Shown here piece by piece: positions 60,721 to 64,000 of a DNA stretch of 64,000 nucleotides; positions within the stretch are counted from its first letter, which is position 1; each line of letters starts with the position of its first letter. The notes beneath the pieces are model-generated. The model ran no database searches and was not told the DNA's origin. It saw only the letters and a list, made by a program, of their open reading frames with translations. Position numbers and translations under genes: made by a program. The stretch lies in NCBI GenBank assembly GCA_000004695.1, contig CM000152.2:1408001-1472000 (forward strand), read 5' to 3'. This DNA comes from Dictyostelium discoideum (lineage: Eukaryota).

Positions 60721-62456
60721 TTACAAGAATTTAAAACAAATTTAAATCAAGAAGATGAAATAAAATATTCAAACTATATAATGTTATCACATTTTATAAC
60801 GAGAATGGGTGATAAAACATTTGAATTTATGATACCACTTTTTCTAATTTATAAATCACCAAACTCATTATTACCAGTATCACTATTTGGATTATCAATA
60901 ACATTTGTAAGAATTTTATTTGGAAGTACAATTGGAGAGATTTGTGATAAATATAAAAAAATTCAAGGTATTTAAATTTTAATATATTAAATTTTTATTA
61001 AAAAAAAAAAAAAATAATTAATTAATTTTATTTTAATTTAGTAATTAAACTTGGTATTTTTGGACAAGCAATTTCAGTTGGATCAATATTTTTAATAATA
61101 TATTATTTTTTAAATTTTAATTTTATATCAATTGATAATAATAATAAAGAAAATAATCAACTACTAAATTTATTTTCAAATAAAATCAATATATTATTTT
61201 TCTTTTTATTATTATTATTTTCATCAATACATTCTTTATCTGGTTTATTAATGGATATATCAATTGAAAGAGTAATTATTATTAAAATAAAATAAAATAA
61301 AATAAAAATTTATAATAAATATTAATAAATTTTTTTTTTTTTTTTTTTCTCTCTCCAAAAATAGAAATGGACACCAAGTTTAATAAAAAATAATAATTTA
61401 TTAAATAGAGTAAATACTTGGATGAGACAAATTGATTTAGGTACTGAAGTATTAGGACCATTTTTAGTTGGACTTTTAATGACAACATCCAATGATGATG
61501 ATAGTATTGGTGGTAAAGAAATTATTTCAAATAATCATTCAACTTATTTAATTATAACAATTTTAAATTTCTTTTCATTTTTCCCACAATATATTTTATT
61601 AAAAATAGTTTATGACTTGGTATCAAAACAAAATTTAATTATTTTTGAAGATGAAGATGAAATTAATAATAATAATAATAAAAATAATAATAATAGAAAA
61701 TATTTAAAATTTACAGATGGATTAGATTTAAATAATATTTTAAATAATAATAATAATAATAATAATAATGATTTTAATATTTTTAATATTTTTAAAAATT
61801 TGGATAATCCAATTTCGACAATTGTAAAAGGTTGGAAATTATTTTATCAACAAAGTATATTTTTAGTTATGATATCTTATGTAATGTTATATTTGACAGT
61901 ACTATCACCACATGATGTATTGATGACAGCTTATTTATCAAACAACAATGGTACAACACCAAGTGAATTAAGTACATTTAGATTATTGGGTGCATTATTT
62001 GGATTAGGTTCAACAATGTTTTTCACAAATTTTGTAAAATTTTTAAATGGAAATATGAATTTAGTTGGTCAATTCTATATTTTTGAAGAAGCAATTATGA
62101 TTTTAATTTCTGGTTTTTACTTTTCAACAACAAATTATAATAATGATAATAATTATAAATTACTATTTTTAGGTTCAATAATTTTATCAAGAATTGGATT
62201 ATATGGTTTTGAATTAAGTGAAATTTATTATGTTCAAAGAAAAGTAACTCAAACCAATAGAGGTATTATTAGTGGTGTTGAATCCTCGCTAACAAGTTTA
62301 TCAACTTTATTTGTATTTTTAATTTCAATAATTTTTCATAAAATTGAAAGTTTTTATATATTGGTAACTTTTTCAATTATTTCTATTAACTTTTCAGCTC
62401 TAATTTTCTTTTATTGGTGTAAAAGAAATCAACAAATTCATCAACAAATTGAATAA
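60580..62456 (+). CDS. ferroportin / SLC40A1-family iron exporter homolog; 3 exons
   Basis: CDS is join(60580..60967,61042..61271,61365..62456), with donors GTATTT and GTAATT and acceptors TTTAG and AATAG. The N-terminal signature is IMLSHFITRMGDKTFEFMIPLFLIYKSPNSLLPVSLFGLSITFVRILFGSTIGEICDK (cf. [57 protein letters not shown]). The central motif is NTWMRQIDLGTEVLGPFLVGLLMT (cf. [24 protein letters not shown]). There are 10 or more predicted TM helices. Confidence 0.7.
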
Positions 62457-62569
62457 ATAAATAAATAAATAAAAAAAAGATTCTTATTATATTTTACATT
62501 TTTCTTTATTTATTTTTGATTTATTCTTTTCTTTTCTTTTAGTAATGGATTTTTTTTTTTTTATTTTTT

Positions 62570-62600
<31 letters not shown>

Positions 62601-62680
62601 GAATAACGAAACCTACTTTCCACACCTAAACTTCTTTTTCTTTTTTTTTTTTTTTTTTTTTTTCTTTTTCTCTTTTTTTT

Positions 62681-63276
62681 TTATTGATTAATGAAACCAT
62701 CCTCAACACCTTCTAAAAGATGTTTTAATTTTGTTGAAGCTAAATTAGTCATTTCTTTAAGATCGAAAATCTTTAAATCTTGATGGGCTTGTGAGAGAAG
62801 GAATGAGAGTTGTTCAGTAGTTTTTTCAAGATCACTTTGAATGTATTCAAAAAGATTTTTCTCTGGACCATCTTCCATGAAATAACCATATACATAAGTA
62901 TATTTAAGAGTTCTACGACATTGAATGAGGATTTCAGTTGAAGTCTCTACAAATTTGATATCAATCCAACGTTTATCAGTTTTATTTTGGAAAGAGATGA
63001 TTGTTTCTAAAGCTGCTGTTCTAAGTTTAGTTTCAAATTTCTTTGCTTGTTCATGTGTATTGAAACGATGGAAATAAAATAAATATCTCTCCAATTGTTT
63101 CTTACTCTCTGATTTATTAGAATTTTCTTCTTTTTTATAACTATTACAATTTGAATGACCAATCCAATTACCTAAACAAATCCAACAAAATTCATGTTTA
63201 CATTTTTTACATGTCATATGCATACAACCACCTATTTTTAAAAATAAATTAAAATAAATTAAAATTAATATGTTAG

Positions 63277-63307
<31 letters not shown>

Positions 63308-64000
63308 TATAATAATTATTATCCTTTAAAATTTACCATTCTTTTCAATTGCTGAATGACATTTTGGACAATCTTGAGTATTTGTAGAAATCCAATTTGC
63401 AGTTTCAGAATCATCTTCACATTTCTTTTTCCAATGTTTCATTTTTTCACAATCTGCTGGAAAATGAGATTCTTGTTTACATTTGAAACAAATTTTGAAA
63501 CCACAAGAACAAAGAGCGGTTGCTTCAGTTTGACTATCAGCTTTGAGTGCATTACCACATTTTGGAGCTGGACACCATCTCATATTTGGGTTTTGATCTA
63601 CATAGGTTTGGGCTAATCTTTCTAAATATTTTGGATAGACAGTTGGTGCTACCAAATTTATAAACTCATCTGGAATTACACTTGGACATTTAAGTCCCAT
63701 ACATGTGATACTAGTTGCTCCACCTTCAAGTACTTTTAATGAAAGATATTGATTCCAACAATCATTACATGAATAATGTTTACATGGTAAATAACTACCA
63801 TTCAATGAATCCAAATCATCAGCACAAACACTACAACTTTCACCTTTTACATTTTGATGTGTAAAAAATTGATCAATCTTTTTAATACCAGCTTGTGCTA
63901 TCACCTTTTCTGGATCTTCATAATATCTTTCTAATAATTTATTACCATTCCATCTTTTAAAATAAAAAAAAATAAAAAAAAAATAAAAAAAAAAATTTAA
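62681..64000 (-). CDS. Ariadne-type RBR E3 ubiquitin ligase (ARIH1-like), 5'-partial (start beyond window end)
   Basis: Exons are complement(62681..63231) and complement(63337..63953), plus at least one upstream exon outside the window. The intron 63232-63336 has a GTAAAT donor and AATAG acceptor. RING1 is CSVCADD...LPCKHYSCNDCW, the IBR is CMGLKCP...RWCPAPKCGNAL...CSCGFKICFKCKQESHFPADC, and RING2 is [32 protein letters not shown]. The C-terminal Ariadne domain is YLFYFHRFNTHEQAKKFE...TEQLSFLL. Confidence 0.7.

Noticed and set aside
63356-63616. Plus-strand 86-aa ORF opposite the ARIH1-like exon
   Set aside because: It is antisense to the Cys-rich IBR-coding region.

Overview
The window appears to be gene-dense nuclear DNA of a dictyostelid social amoeba, most probably Dictyostelium discoideum. 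The evidence is roughly 75-80 % AT, long (AAT)n and (CAA)n codon tracts encoding poly-Asn and poly-Gln, and short 80-200 nt AT-rich introns with GTAAGT or GTATGT donors and AG acceptors. It is not prokaryotic, so no CRISPR or defence-island architecture is expected, and none was found. I can support about 30 protein-coding genes, most with one to five small introns. Exon coordinates were derived by hand from splice signals and frame continuity, using the supplied ORF track as anchors; many ORF-track start codons are TTG or GTG rather than ATG. Recognisable products include ribosomal protein S6, alternative oxidase, a PHYHD1-like dioxygenase, USP39/Sad1, TRAPPC1/Bet5, a deoxynucleoside kinase, a hexapeptide O-acetyltransferase, ferroportin, RNF121-like and Ariadne-type RING ligases, a J-domain protein, an ARM-repeat protein, a secreted G8-domain protein, a bZIP factor, an FG-GAP membrane protein, a TCAIM-like protein, a DUF4291 protein and a histidine phosphatase, plus several low-complexity hypotheticals. 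There is one tRNA-Lys(UUU) gene with a pol III terminator, a candidate downstream external B box, and a ~300-bp tandem repeat on its 5' side, which looks like remnants of a tRNA-targeted retroelement. The most novel-looking item is a ~1.09-kb internally deleted piggyBac-superfamily DNA transposon at 48174-49264. It has perfect 24-bp terminal inverted repeats beginning CCCTCGAAAG, TTAA target-site duplications, and a GC-rich transposase C-terminal fragment. Two 100-nt assembly gaps (13821-13920 and 37611-37710) interrupt Gln-rich coding sequence and limit the gene models there.
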